Shown: positions 28,650 through 40,331, numbered from the stretch's first letter. The stretch is DNA of 64,000 nt from Collinsella sp. (GCA_048205975.1 DBEWTI010000128.1:8115-72114); one strand, 5' to 3'. The notes: generated from the sequence alone by a model not told the origin. A program made the numbers and translations.

Positions 28650-28907
28650 ATGGCACACAAAAAAGGACTCGGTTCCTCCCGTAATGGCCGTGACTCCCGC
28701 GGTCAGCGCCTTGGCACGAAGCGCTATGCCGGCCAGACGGTAACCACGGGCACGATTCTCGTCCGTCAGCACGGCACTCACATCCACCCGGGTGAGAACG
28801 TTGGCCGTGGCAAGGACGATACGCTGTTCGCGCTGGTCGACGGTACCGTTGAGTTCCACAAGGGTATCAAGCACAGGGTCAGCGTACGCCCGCTCGCGAA
28901 CGCGTAA
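28650..28907 (+). CDS. rpmA: 50S ribosomal protein L27
   Basis: [28 protein letters not shown]. Confidence 0.98.
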   Translation: MAHKKGLGSSRNGRDSRGQRLGTKRYAGQTVTTGTILVRQHGTHIHPGENVGRGKDDTLFALVDGTVEFHKGIKHRVSVRPLANA

Positions 28908-28979
28908 TTCACCCTTCATAGAGCACATATGTGGGAGGCACTTGAGTTTTAGGATTCAAGGGTCTCCCTCTTTTTGTAG

Positions 28980-30458
<1,479 letters not shown>

Positions 30459-30461
30459 GCC

Positions 30462-31139
30462 ATGTCGCTGCGCGGTGGAATCGGTTTGCCCGAGCTGCCC
30501 ATAAAAGAGGGCAAAGAGTTTCGGCTTGGCATTATGGGCGGCACATTCGACCCGATTCATTACGGGCACCTGGTGACTGCCGAGCAGGCGCGCGAGTCGC
30601 TCGACTTGGACGCTGTGCTCTTTATGCCGGCGGGCTCTCCCGCCTTTAAGCTTGACAAGCCGGTGACGCCTGCTGAGGACCGTTATGCCATGACGGTCCT
30701 CGCCACCGCTGCGAACCCGGCCTTTTTGGCGAGCCGGTTCGAGATTGACCGTCCGGGCGTAACCTATACTGCCGATACGCTTCATGCCCTTCGCGACTTT
30801 TACCCGCCGCAGGTAAAGCTCTACTTTATTACGGGCGCCGACGCGATTATCGATATTGTGACCTGGCATGATGCCGAGCGAATTGCTGAGCTTGCTACCT
30901 TTATTGCGGCGACGCGACCGGGTTTTGATATCGATACGGCGCGTGCCCGAATCAAAGAGTCGGGGCTGCCGTTCGATGTGCGCTATATTCAGATTCCGGC
31001 ACTGGCGATCAGCTCGACGAACATTCGTAAGCGAGTTGCCCGCGGCATGAGTGTGCGCTATCTTACGAGCGAGTCTGTGCTCGGCTACATTCGCAAGCGC
31101 AGTTTGTATGTCGATCTGGGTCAAGAAGATTTTGAGTGA
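30462..31139 (+). CDS. nadD: Nicotinate-nucleotide adenylyltransferase
   Basis: GGTFDPIHYGH, ITGAD, ISST.IR. Confidence 0.95.
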   Translation: MSLRGGIGLPELPIKEGKEFRLGIMGGTFDPIHYGHLVTAEQARESLDLDAVLFMPAGSPAFKLDKPVTPAEDRYAMTVLATAANPAFLASRFEIDRPGVTYTADTLHALRDFYPPQVKLYFITGADAIIDIVTWHDAERIAELATFIAATRPGFDIDTARARIKESGLPFDVRYIQIPALAISSTNIRKRVARGMSVRYLTSESVLGYIRKRSLYVDLGQEDFE

Positions 31140-31759
31140 TGGGGGCTACGTTGTCGGTAGAGGATCAGTTTGAGGGCGATGAGCGCGTGCTGCTCAAGCG
31201 CATTCAAGAGCTGCTCGATGTTCGCATGAAAGATAAGCGCAAGCGCTATGTGCATTCGCTGGGTGTTGCCGAGACCGCACTTCATCTGGCCGAGGTCTAC
31301 GGCGTTGACCGCTTTGATGCCGCTGCCGCCGGCTTAATTCACGACTGGGACAAGGTTCTTTCCGATGACGAGCTCGTGGCCCGCGCGCTTCACTATGGCA
31401 TCAAGGTTGCCGGCTCTCCGTCTGCCGCGACGCCGCTTTTGCATGGCCCTGTTGCCGCCTATGAGCTTCCGCAACTTTTCCCCGAGCTGTCGCCGGCCGT
31501 TTTCCAGGCTGTCGACCGTCATACCGTGGGTGCCTGCGACATGACGCCGCTCGATATGGTGGTCTTTGTGGCAGATGCCATCGAGCCCAACCGTCACGGC
31601 GACTATGCCCATGCGCTGCGCAAGATGGTGGGGAAGTCCTCGCTCGATGAGTTGTTCTTCTCCTGTTTTGCGCAGGGTCTGGTCTATGTGATCCAGTCCG
31701 GGCGCTATCTTTATCCCACGGCTATTACGATTTACAATCATTACGCCCAGCTGCGCTAG
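31139..31759 (+). CDS. yqeK: HD-domain hydrolase YqeK (Ap4A hydrolase family)
   Basis: RYVHSLGV, IHD, LHG, HT.G, AD.IEPNR. Located between nadD and rsfS. Confidence 0.9.
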   Translation: MGATLSVEDQFEGDERVLLKRIQELLDVRMKDKRKRYVHSLGVAETALHLAEVYGVDRFDAAAAGLIHDWDKVLSDDELVARALHYGIKVAGSPSAATPLLHGPVAAYELPQLFPELSPAVFQAVDRHTVGACDMTPLDMVVFVADAIEPNRHGDYAHALRKMVGKSSLDELFFSCFAQGLVYVIQSGRYLYPTAITIYNHYAQLR

Positions 31760-31787
31760 CTCGGGTGTGTCTAGAAAGAGGTATTCC

Positions 31788-32243
31788 ATGGCCGACGAGA
31801 CCATGACTGACGAGCAGATTCTTGAAGGTGTGGAGCACAAGAGTTTCGTTGCCACGTCCGACCGCACCGCCGCCTCGCTGTCCGCGAGCGGTGTCGCCGC
31901 CGAGGATGTCGCCCGCGCCGCCGCGCAGGCCGCCTACGACAAGAAGGGCGAGGACGTGCAGGTACTCGACCTGACCGAGCTTTCCGACGTGTGCGACTAC
32001 TTTGTGCTTGCCACCGGCACCAACAACCGCCAGGTCGATTCGATCGTCGACGAGATCGAGGAGAAGGTCGCCGAGGCTTGCGGCGAGCATCCGTTCTCCA
32101 TCGAGGGCCGTGAGCAGAAGACCTGGATGCTCATGGACTACGGCTCGGTCGTCGTCCATGTCTTTACTCCCGAGGCGCGCGACTTTTACCGCCTAGAAAA
32201 GCTCTGGGGCGACGCTCCCCAGCTCCCCCTCAACCTCCTCTAG
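31788..32243 (+). CDS. rsfS: Ribosome silencing factor
   Basis: DKKGED, DYFV, W.LMDYG.VVVHVF, FYRLEKLW. Confidence 0.95.
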   Translation: MADETMTDEQILEGVEHKSFVATSDRTAASLSASGVAAEDVARAAAQAAYDKKGEDVQVLDLTELSDVCDYFVLATGTNNRQVDSIVDEIEEKVAEACGEHPFSIEGREQKTWMLMDYGSVVVHVFTPEARDFYRLEKLWGDAPQLPLNLL

Positions 32244-32250
32244 GAACTTA

Positions 32251-32279
32251 TTTGGGCCGGGGCTTCTCTAGAGCTACCC
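32251..32279 (+). repeat. Degenerate copy of the TTTGGGACGGGG...AGCTACCC repeat
   Basis: TTTGGGCCGGGGCTTCTCTAGAGCTACCC. Confidence 0.55.
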
Positions 32280-32289
32280 TCTACCGCTC

Positions 32290-32331
32290 GCCGGGCAGTT
32301 GCACTACCTGCAGCTGCCCGGCTTTCTTTTT
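32290..32331 (+). terminator. Intrinsic terminator after rsfS
   Basis: GCCGGGCAGTTGCA / TGCAGCTGCCCGGC stem plus TTTCTTTTT. Confidence 0.8.
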
Positions 32332-32344
32332 GCCCAAAAGCAAA

Positions 32345-33601
32345 TCATTGGGAGGAGAAGCGGGATTGGCGGCCGAAGGATAGGGCAGTGTCGCCGAATT
32401 TATCTCGGACGGCATCGATGGCGACGGAGAGGCCGCGTCGGTCGCTCGACTGGGCGCCGCGGTCATCGACTTCGCAGAACAGATCGGTTTGGATGCCGCC
32501 TTGGTGGTTGAAGTCGCTCATGCCGATGCCGGCTAGGCGTACGTGCATACCTTCCTGCCAGATGTTGTCGAGCAGCTCGAGCGCTACGGCCGCAAAGATA
32601 TTCTCGTCATCGGTGGGGTGGGGAAGCCTGCGCTGTGCCGTGCGACCGCTGCCATACGAATACTTGAGCTTGAGTGTCACGGTACCGCCCGTAAGCCCCT
32701 GGCGGCGCAGACGGCGCCCAACCGATTCGCCCAGCAGCGCAATCGCCGCCTCGATATCCCCGCGCTCGGTTAAATCCTTTGCAAAGGTGCGCTCATTGCT
32801 CACCGATTTGACCTCGCGCTCCTCATCCAGGCTAGTGACCTCGGAAATCTCGAGACCCAGCGCGCGCTGGCGCATACGCTCGCCGTTCACGCCAAAGATT
32901 GCAGCCAACGTCGACTCCGGCGCACGCGACAGCTCGCCCAGCGTATAGATTCGCATGCGGCGCAGCCGCTCCTCGGCCGAGCGCCCGATACCGCTCATCG
33001 CAGACACCGGCAGCGCGGCCAAAAAGCGCTGCTCGGTTCCGGGGCGCACGATGGTCAGCCCAAACGGCTTGTCCCGCTCGCTTGCGATCTTTGCGACCGT
33101 TTTGTTGCAGCCCACGCCAATGGAGCAGGTCACTCCCAGCGCTGCCACGCGGTCGCTTATGCGCCGTGCAACCTGTAACGGGTCTTCGGGTGCAAAGCGA
33201 CCTGGTGTGATGTCGATAAAGGCCTCGTCGATGGATACGCGCTCAACGCGCGGGGTCTCGTCGGCGAGAATCGCCATGACCTGCGCGCTGACCTCGTGGT
33301 AGCGATCGAAATGCCCATGCGTCCAAATGGCCTGCGGACAGAGGCGCTGTGCCTCGGCCGAGGGCATGGCGGAGTGCACGCCAAAGCGACGTGCCTCGTA
33401 TGAGCAGGTGGACACGACGCCGCGGGAATCGGCATCGCCGCCCACGATGAGCGGCTTGCCGCGCCACTCGGGATGATCGAGCATCTCCACGCTCGCAAAA
33501 AACGCGTCGAGATCCATGAGGCCCACCGCGGGTCCTGTCCAGGGCGGCGGCGTGACGCCCGCAGCATCTTCATAACCGTATGTATGTTCGCGTCTTTTCA
33601 T
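32345..33601 (-). CDS. dinB: DNA polymerase IV (Y-family)
   Basis: DLDAFFASVE, SYEARRFGV, SIDEAF, AKIAS..KP.G. Confidence 0.95.
   Translation of the reverse strand: MKRREHTYGYEDAAGVTPPPWTGPAVGLMDLDAFFASVEMLDHPEWRGKPLIVGGDADSRGVVSTCSYEARRFGVHSAMPSAEAQRLCPQAIWTHGHFDRYHEVSAQVMAILADETPRVERVSIDEAFIDITPGRFAPEDPLQVARRISDRVAALGVTCSIGVGCNKTVAKIASERDKPFGLTIVRPGTEQRFLAALPVSAMSGIGRSAEERLRRMRIYTLGELSRAPESTLAAIFGVNGERMRQRALGLEISEVTSLDEEREVKSVSNERTFAKDLTERGDIEAAIALLGESVGRRLRRQGLTGGTVTLKLKYSYGSGRTAQRRLPHPTDDENIFAAVALELLDNIWQEGMHVRLAGIGMSDFNHQGGIQTDLFCEVDDRGAQSSDRRGLSVAIDAVRDKFGDTALSFGRQSRFSSQ
33577..33590. promoter_or_regulatory. Putative LexA (SOS) box in the first codons of dinB
   Basis: CGTATGTATGTTCG matches the Gram-positive consensus CGAACRNRYGTTCG at 12 of 14 positions. 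Confidence 0.5.
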
Positions 33602-33802
33602 GGCATGAGTATACCGCGCAGCTCATGTGGGGTGCGTGGATGTGCTTGCAAATCGCGAATTCTTGTCTAAGATATGGATTTGCCTTCGACTACACCGAAG
33701 AAGTTGGTCTCACGGACTTCACCTGCCCGCGTCGATGGCGTATTATGTTCAACTGTTTGTTTGTAGTTGCAGCCTAAAGCTGCTTGGTTGGAGGAGTTTC
33801 CT

Positions 33803-34144
33803 TTGGCAGTCAAGATTCGCCTTGCTCGTCACGGCGCTAAGAAGCGTCCGTACTACCGTGTCGTCGTCGCCGATTCCCGCGCCCCGCGTGACGGTCGTAT
33901 CATCGAGGAGGTTGGCCGCTACAACCCGATGACCGCCCCCAAGACCATCAACCTTGACCTCGAGAAGATTGCTGATTGGCAGTCCAAGGGCGCTCAGCTC
34001 ACCGACGCCGTCGCCGCTCTGGTCAAGGCCGCCAACGAGGGCGAGAAGACCGAGACCGTCGTCAAGAAGTCCAAGAAGCAGCTCGCCAAAGAGGCCGAGG
34101 CCGCTAAGGCTGCCGCTGAGGCCGCTGAGGGCGCCGAGGAGTAA
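33803..34144 (+). CDS. rpsP: 30S ribosomal protein S16
   Basis: TTG start after [35 protein letters not shown]. Confidence 0.97.
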   Translation: MAVKIRLARHGAKKRPYYRVVVADSRAPRDGRIIEEVGRYNPMTAPKTINLDLEKIADWQSKGAQLTDAVAALVKAANEGEKTETVVKKSKKQLAKEAEAAKAAAEAAEGAEE

Positions 34145-34147
34145 ATC

Positions 34148-34432
34148 GTGCCTGAGGTTGACGCTGCACAGCTCGAGGGTGAGGCAATGCTCTCAGATCG
34201 CATCGCCGATCTCGTCGAATATCTCGTTGTTCAGATCGTCGACGACCCGGATTCCGTGAGCCTTGAGGTCATCGATGGCGACGACGCCTCCACGATTGAG
34301 GTTTCGGTTGCCGAGGATGACGTCGCTAAGGTCATCGGCCGTCGTGGCCGTACCATCAAGGCCATTCGCACGCTCGCCCGTGCACTGGCCGCTCGCCTCG
34401 ACACTGCTGTCGAGGTAGAGGTTCTGGGCTAG
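34148..34432 (+). CDS. khpA: KH-domain RNA-binding protein KhpA
   Basis: KVIGRRGRTIKAIRT (GxxG). Located between rpsP and rimM. Confidence 0.92.
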   Translation: MPEVDAAQLEGEAMLSDRIADLVEYLVVQIVDDPDSVSLEVIDGDDASTIEVSVAEDDVAKVIGRRGRTIKAIRTLARALAARLDTAVEVEVLG

Positions 34433-34436
34433 GACC

Positions 34437-34958
34437 TTGAGGTCCCAGTACAAAAACATCGCCCGTGTGGTCAAGCCGCACGGAAGGAAGGGGGAGGTCC
34501 TCGCGCAGCCGCTGCGGGGGCTTCCTTCTGTATTGGAGCCGGGTATGCGTGTCGCCTTGACGCCACCGGCGCTTAAGCGCGACCGTTTTTGCACGGTCGT
34601 GTCCGTCACCGATACGGGCGATGGCGATCTGGTCTCGTTTGAGGGCATAGATGATTTGACGGCTGCCGAGGGCATCACCGGTTGCTATGTGCTGGCTAAC
34701 CGTGATGATTTTGAGCTCGATTCGCTCGACGCCGCCTATACCGACCTGATGGGTCGCGAGGTGGTCGATGAGCGCTTTGGTTCGCTCGGCACGATTGTCG
34801 AGATCATGTCGACGCCCGCCAACGATGTTTGGGTTGTCGAGGGTGATCGGTACGGCGAGGTGCTGATTCCCGTGATCGAGCAGGTTGTGCTCGATCTTCC
34901 CGACACAGGAGCAATTTCCGTCCACGTTATGGACGGCTTGATCGATATGGACAAGTAG
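34437..34958 (+). CDS. rimM: Ribosome maturation factor RimM
   Basis: KPHGRKGE, ANDVWVV, LIP. Synteny with rpsP and trmD. Confidence 0.92.
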   Translation: MRSQYKNIARVVKPHGRKGEVLAQPLRGLPSVLEPGMRVALTPPALKRDRFCTVVSVTDTGDGDLVSFEGIDDLTAAEGITGCYVLANRDDFELDSLDAAYTDLMGREVVDERFGSLGTIVEIMSTPANDVWVVEGDRYGEVLIPVIEQVVLDLPDTGAISVHVMDGLIDMDK

Positions 34959-34968
34959 GGAGGACAGC

Positions 34969-35727
34969 ATGCTGATTGAGACCCTTTCGGTCTTTCCCGA
35001 GATGTTTGAGCCCGTCATGTCCACATCGATCTTGGGCCGCGCCCGCAAGGCCGGCCTTTTTGATTTTAAGGCGTACAACCTGCGCGACTGGACGCACGAC
35101 CGCCATCGCACTGTCGATGACGAGCCGTACGGCGGCGGACAGGGCATGCTCATGAAGGTTGAGCCTATCGCCGAGGCCATCGAGGCCATTAGTGCCGAGG
35201 GCCCCAAGCCCACCGTGGTGTTCTTTACCCCCTGCGGCGAGCCCTTTACGCAGCATGTGGCCGAGCGCCTGCTCAAAAGCGAGCGCCTATTGTTTGTGTG
35301 CAGCCGTTACGAGGGCGTCGACGAGCGCGCGTATGCGTATGCCGACGAGCGCCTGTCGATCGGTGACTACGTGCTTACGGGCGGCGAGCTGCCCGCTATG
35401 GTCGTGGCCGACGCCGTCGTGCGCCTCATTCCCGGCGCCCTGGGCGACGAGATGAGCAATGTCGATGAGTCCTTCTCGACTGCTGAGGACGGCGGCCTGC
35501 TCGAGTACGCGCAGTACACCCGTCCCGCCGAGTTCAACGGCGAGGGCGTGCCTCCGGTGCTCGTGAGCGGCGATCATGCCAAGGTCGATGCCTGGCGCCG
35601 CAAAAACGCCATCGAGCGCACCTGTCGTTGGCGTCCCGATCTGATCGAGACGGCTCGCCTCACGCCCGAAGAGCGCGCGTATGCGCAGGAGATCCTGGAC
35701 GCTTCGTATTCGCAGAGCGAGGAGTGA
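34969..35727 (+). CDS. trmD: tRNA (guanine37-N1)-methyltransferase
   Basis: VDDEPYGGGQGM, RYEGVDER, SIGDYVLTGGE, YTRP. Confidence 0.97.
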   Translation: MLIETLSVFPEMFEPVMSTSILGRARKAGLFDFKAYNLRDWTHDRHRTVDDEPYGGGQGMLMKVEPIAEAIEAISAEGPKPTVVFFTPCGEPFTQHVAERLLKSERLLFVCSRYEGVDERAYAYADERLSIGDYVLTGGELPAMVVADAVVRLIPGALGDEMSNVDESFSTAEDGGLLEYAQYTRPAEFNGEGVPPVLVSGDHAKVDAWRRKNAIERTCRWRPDLIETARLTPEERAYAQEILDASYSQSEE

Positions 35728-35729
35728 GA

Positions 35730-36293
35730 ATGGTTCCATCGCAGCATTCTGCCCTGAGGGGCGCCTTTGAGTGGATTGTGATTGTCGCGATTGCGCTCGC
35801 CGCCACCTTCGTGATTCGTACGTTTGTGGTCGAGCCCTTCGTGGTGCCCACTGGCTCCATGGAGTCCACGATCGAGATCGGTGATCAGATTCTGGCGCAG
35901 AAGGTGACGCTCGAGCTCGGACAGCCCGTCAAACAGGGTGACATTGTGGTGTTCCACAACCCCGATGCTACGTCCGAGCATGACGTGCTGGTAAAGCGCG
36001 TCATCGCCACGGCCGGCCAGACGGTCGACCTGCAGGACGGCAAGGTCGTCGTTGACGGCCAGGCGCTCGATGAGGACTATACGACCGGCATGAGCTGGCC
36101 GCTTTCGGTCCAGGCGCCCTCCGCCCAGGTGAGCTATCCCTACACCGTCCCTGACGACTGTGTGTGGGTAATGGGCGACAATCGCGAGAACTCAGCCGAC
36201 TCCCGCTACTTTGGCCCGGTCGACCGCTCCGATCTGATTGCCGTGGCGCTTATGCGCTACTGGCCGCTCAACCGTATCGGCGCTATCGACTAA
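35730..36293 (+). CDS. lepB: Signal peptidase I
   Basis: TM segment, PTGSME (catalytic Ser), VKRV (catalytic Lys), MGDNRENSADSR. Confidence 0.95.
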   Translation: MVPSQHSALRGAFEWIVIVAIALAATFVIRTFVVEPFVVPTGSMESTIEIGDQILAQKVTLELGQPVKQGDIVVFHNPDATSEHDVLVKRVIATAGQTVDLQDGKVVVDGQALDEDYTTGMSWPLSVQAPSAQVSYPYTVPDDCVWVMGDNRENSADSRYFGPVDRSDLIAVALMRYWPLNRIGAID

Positions 36294-36347
36294 AAACCGC
36301 TATAGTACCTAACCGTGTAATCGTTTCGACGAGGGGATATTAGAGGC

Positions 36348-37259
36348 ATGAACGCTTCATCGCTTTCCTTCCAAGACATCATCCTGCGCCTCCAGCAGTA
36401 CTGGGGCGAGCAGGGCTGCGTCATTATGCAGCCTTATGACTCCGAGGTCGGTGCCGGTACCTTCCATACCGCGACCACGCTGCGCTCGCTCGGTCCCGCC
36501 GAGTGGCGCACCTGCTATGCGCAGCCCTGCCGCCGTCCCGCCGACGGCCGCTACGGCGAGAACCCCAACCGCATGCAGCACTACTATCAGTTCCAGGTGC
36601 TCATCAAGCCCTCGCCGGTCAATGCCCAGGAGCTCTACCTGGGTTCGCTGGCCGCCATTGGCCTGGACCCCAACGACCATGACGTCCGCTTTGTCGAGGA
36701 CGACTGGGAGAGCCCGACGCTCGGCGCCTGGGGCCTTGGCTGGGAGGTCTGGCTCAACGGCATGGAGGTCACGCAGTTCACGTACTTCCAGCAGGTAGGC
36801 GGCATCGAGGTCGACCCCGTGCCCGTCGAGATCACCTACGGTCTCGAGCGTATCGCCATGTACGCCCAGGGCGTTAACTCCGTCTACGACTTGGTGTGGA
36901 GCTATCTGCCCGACGGCACGCCCATGACCTACGGCGACGTGTTCCTGGAGAACGAGCGCGAGTTCAGCGCCTACAACTTTGAGGTCGCCAACGTCGAGAT
37001 GATGCGTCAGAAGTTTGACGACTACGAGGTCGAGTGCCACTCCTGCCTGGAGCGCAAGCTGCCGCTGCCGGCATACGACTGCGTTATGAAGTGCAGCCAT
37101 GCCTTCAACCTGCTCGATGCCCGCGGTGCGCTGTCCGCAGTCGAGCGCGCCAACTACATCCTGCGCGTCCGCGCTGTCGCCAAGGCGTGCTGCGAGGCCT
37201 ACATGGCCGAGGTCGCCGGAATCAACGAGAATGCCGACCAGGAAGGCGAGGTGGCGTAA
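36348..37259 (+). CDS. glyQ: Glycine-tRNA ligase alpha subunit
   Basis: [43 protein letters not shown]. Confidence 0.98.
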   Translation: MNASSLSFQDIILRLQQYWGEQGCVIMQPYDSEVGAGTFHTATTLRSLGPAEWRTCYAQPCRRPADGRYGENPNRMQHYYQFQVLIKPSPVNAQELYLGSLAAIGLDPNDHDVRFVEDDWESPTLGAWGLGWEVWLNGMEVTQFTYFQQVGGIEVDPVPVEITYGLERIAMYAQGVNSVYDLVWSYLPDGTPMTYGDVFLENEREFSAYNFEVANVEMMRQKFDDYEVECHSCLERKLPLPAYDCVMKCSHAFNLLDARGALSAVERANYILRVRAVAKACCEAYMAEVAGINENADQEGEVA

Positions 37260-37262
37260 GCC

Positions 37263-39359
37263 ATGGCAGACGCTAAGGATTTCCTGTTTGAGATCGGTAC
37301 GGAGGAAATGCCCTCTGCACCGCTGAACAATGCCGTCAAGCAGCTTGGCACCATGATCGCCAAGGGTCTCGACGAGGCCGGTCTGGCCCACGGCGAGGTC
37401 CGCGTGATCTCGAGCCCGCGTCGTCTGGCCGCGCTCGTTGCCGATGTCGCCACCGCGACCGATGAGGTCCACGAGGTCAAGCGCGGCCCCGCGGCCAACA
37501 TCGCCTTCGACGCCGACGGTAACGCCACCAAGGCCGCCCAGGGCTTTGCTCGTAAGTGCGGCGTGGCTGCCGAGGACCTGGTGCGCCGCAAGGACACCGA
37601 CGGACGCGAGTATGTCTTTGCCGAGAAGAACATTCCTTCCGCCCCGGCCACACCGATCCTGACGGCCCTGTGCGAGAAGACCATCGTCGGCCTGCAGTGG
37701 CCCAATTACCGCTCTCAGCGCTGGGGTCACGAGCACGCCACGTTCGTGCGTCCGGTTCGCTGGATCTGCTGCCTTCTGGGCGAGGACGTCGTGCCCGTGT
37801 CGTTTGCCGATGTTACGAGCGGCAACACCACGCGCGGCCATCGTGTCCTGGGTGCCGGTGACCACGTGGTCGCCAGCCCTGCCGTTTACGAGCAGGTGCT
37901 TGAGGACGCTGGCGTGCTCTCTGCCGAGCGCCGTCGCGAGGCCATCCTCGCCGGTATTGCCGAGGTCGAGGCCGCTCGTCCCGGCTGCCATGTCGACACG
38001 CCCAAGAAGGTCTTCGAGGAGGTCATCAATCTCTGCGAGTGGCCGACGGTGCTCGTCGGTACCTTCGATGAGGAGTTCCTCAAGGTCCCGCACGAGATCA
38101 TCTGCGAGTCCATGCTCACCAACCAGCGCTACTTCCCGATCTATGACGGCGAGGGCAAGCTGACGCGTGAGTTCGTGGTCGTCTCCAACAGCAAGCCCGA
38201 GAATGCCGAGCGCGTGATCGACGGCAACGAGCGCGTCGTGCGTGCCCGTCTGGACGACGCTAAGTTCTTCTACGAGGAGGACCTGAAGATCTCCCTCGAC
38301 GAGTTCCGTGAGCGCCTGGCCAAGGTCGCCTTCCAGGAGAAGCTCGGCAGCGTGCTCGCCAAGTCCGAGCGCATTGAGCAGCTCGCGCTCGCTATTGCCC
38401 GCGAGGCTCATCTGGGCGCCCATCTTGCCGCCGACGCCGCTCGCGCCGCGCACCTGTGCAAGGCCGACCTGGTGTCCAACGCCGTCGTCGAGTTCACGAG
38501 CCAGCAGGGCGTGATGGGCGGTTACTACGCCACCGCGATGGGGGAGAACGACGAGGTCGCCCACGCCATTCGCGATCATTATCGTCCCCGCTTTGCCGGT
38601 GACGAGCTGCCTGAGGGCACCGCTGGCTGCATCGTGGCCTGCGCCGACAAGCTCGATACCATCGCCGGTATCTTTGCCATCGGCGAGCCCCCGACCGGCT
38701 CCTCCGACCCCTACGCGCTGCGTCGTGCCGCTATCGGCATCATCAACATTCTGCGCGACCGTCTGCCGATCGACCCCACGTCGCTGATTGACTTTGCTCT
38801 GCAGCTTTACAGCGAGCAGGGCATTGAGTTCGACGTCGCCGAGGTCGCCCAGCAGGTTCGCGACTTCTTCCACGGTCGTCTGGTGAGCATGGCCCGCGAC
38901 GAAAAGATTCCGGCCGATACCGTCGCCGCCGTCTCCGCGGTGCACATCATCGCCCCGTCCGTCTTCTTCGCCCGCTGCGCCGCCCTCGACGAGGCCCGCA
39001 AGAACGACGCTGAGACGTTCGACAACCTGGCGACCGCCTATGCCCGCGCCGCGCATATCTCCAAGCCCGAGCTGGGCGCGGACTACGACCGCAGCCTGAT
39101 GGGCGAGGCCGAGCTCGCGCTCGCCGACGCCTCTGAGGCTGCCCAGACCGCTGTCGATGCCGCCCTTGCTGCCGAGGATTACCCCGCCGCATTTGCCGCG
39201 CTTGCCGCCCTGCGTGCCCCCATCGACCGCTTCTTCGACGAGGTTATGGTCATGGACAAGGACGAGCAGCTTCGCGATAATCGCCTTAAGCTGCTCAACC
39301 GCTTTGAGGCCGTGTTCTCCGGCATCGCCAACATCGGTGAGCTTGCCCGCAAAAAGTAA
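37263..39359 (+). CDS. glyS: Glycine-tRNA ligase beta subunit
   Basis: EIGTEEMP, PRRL, FVRP, GNERVVRARLDDA, GSSDPYALRR. Confidence 0.97.
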   Translation: MADAKDFLFEIGTEEMPSAPLNNAVKQLGTMIAKGLDEAGLAHGEVRVISSPRRLAALVADVATATDEVHEVKRGPAANIAFDADGNATKAAQGFARKCGVAAEDLVRRKDTDGREYVFAEKNIPSAPATPILTALCEKTIVGLQWPNYRSQRWGHEHATFVRPVRWICCLLGEDVVPVSFADVTSGNTTRGHRVLGAGDHVVASPAVYEQVLEDAGVLSAERRREAILAGIAEVEAARPGCHVDTPKKVFEEVINLCEWPTVLVGTFDEEFLKVPHEIICESMLTNQRYFPIYDGEGKLTREFVVVSNSKPENAERVIDGNERVVRARLDDAKFFYEEDLKISLDEFRERLAKVAFQEKLGSVLAKSERIEQLALAIAREAHLGAHLAADAARAAHLCKADLVSNAVVEFTSQQGVMGGYYATAMGENDEVAHAIRDHYRPRFAGDELPEGTAGCIVACADKLDTIAGIFAIGEPPTGSSDPYALRRAAIGIINILRDRLPIDPTSLIDFALQLYSEQGIEFDVAEVAQQVRDFFHGRLVSMARDEKIPADTVAAVSAVHIIAPSVFFARCAALDEARKNDAETFDNLATAYARAAHISKPELGADYDRSLMGEAELALADASEAAQTAVDAALAAEDYPAAFAALAALRAPIDRFFDEVMVMDKDEQLRDNRLKLLNRFEAVFSGIANIGELARKK

Positions 39360-39393
39360 GCTAGCCTGCGCGTAAGCGCAAAAGGAGCCCCGC

Positions 39394-40269
39394 ATGGATT
39401 GCCCGGTCACCGCTCGTCCCACCGTTATCGTTATCTCCGACTCGCTCGGTGATACCGCTTGTGAGGTGGTGCTTGCGGCGTCCGGGCAATTTGATGAAGG
39501 GGCTTTTCGTGTTTTGCGCCTGCCTAAGGTGACCTCGGTGGAGCAGGTTAAGTCGTTTGTGGGGTCGCGCGTCGATGCGGATCATCGCGATATCGCTGTG
39601 TTCCACACCATCGTCGACCCGGCGCTGCGTGCCCGCGTCCTCGACTACCTGGGCATGCTGCATATCCGTTCGGTCGACCTGATCGGCCCGACGCTTGCCG
39701 TGCTGTCGTCGCTCCTCGGTGTGCCGCCCAAGGGCGTTGCGGGCGTGATTCATAAGACCGACGACCGTTATTTCCACCGCATTGATGCCATGGAGTATTT
39801 CGTTGAGCACGATGACGGGCGCGGTTGCGACGATCTGTCGGGCGCCGATATCGTGCTGCTGGGCGTATCGCGCACGTCCAAGACACCCCTTTCGATGTAT
39901 TTGGCCTATCAGGGTTACAAGGTTGCCAATGTCCCGTTGGCACATGGTATGGAGCCGCCGAAGTCGATTTACGAGGTCGACCCCATGCGTCTGTTCGGCC
40001 TGATTTCGACCGTTGACGTGATTTCTGAGATCCGCGATAGCCGCTTGGGGGATGATTACGCCCGTGCCGTTGCCGGCTCCTATGCTGAGCCCGAGAGCGT
40101 GCGCAATGAGCTTGATGAAGCCCGTGCCCTCATGAAGCGCCTAGGCTGCTTTGTGGTGCGTACCGACGGCAAAGCCATCGAGGAAAGCGCTGCCGAGATC
40201 ATTGCTCACCTCGAAGAGATTCAAGAGGCAAGAGCCCGCCGTGCCGCCCGCCGCGCTCAACAAAAGTAG
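39394..40269 (+). CDS. Pyruvate phosphate dikinase regulatory protein (kinase/pyrophosphorylase, DUF299)
   Basis: ISDSLGDTA, HDDG, GVSRTSKTPLS, AIEESA. Directly upstream of ppdK. Confidence 0.93.
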   Translation: MDCPVTARPTVIVISDSLGDTACEVVLAASGQFDEGAFRVLRLPKVTSVEQVKSFVGSRVDADHRDIAVFHTIVDPALRARVLDYLGMLHIRSVDLIGPTLAVLSSLLGVPPKGVAGVIHKTDDRYFHRIDAMEYFVEHDDGRGCDDLSGADIVLLGVSRTSKTPLSMYLAYQGYKVANVPLAHGMEPPKSIYEVDPMRLFGLISTVDVISEIRDSRLGDDYARAVAGSYAEPESVRNELDEARALMKRLGCFVVRTDGKAIEESAAEIIAHLEEIQEARARRAARRAQQK

Positions 40270-40331
40270 CTCACTTGGGACAAGGTTGTTTGGGTAGCTA
40301 ATTTGGGACGGGGCTCTTTTAGCTACCCAAA
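40266..40331 (+). repeat. Two tandem copies of the GTAG..TTGGGACRGG repeat; the second forms a hairpin
   Basis: GTAGCTCACTTGGGACAAGG (40266) and TTTGGGTAGCTAA-TTTGGGACGGGGCTCTT-TTAGCTACCCAAA (40289-40331). Confidence 0.8.

Noticed and set aside
36294..36347. T-box riboswitch ahead of glyQS
   Set aside because: The intergenic space is only 54 nt and has no T-box motif.
36357..39422. 1021-aa minus-strand ORF antisense to glyQS
   Set aside because: Shadow ORF. Strong codon bias in high-GC sense genes removes stops from the antisense frame. No recognisable motifs or RBS.
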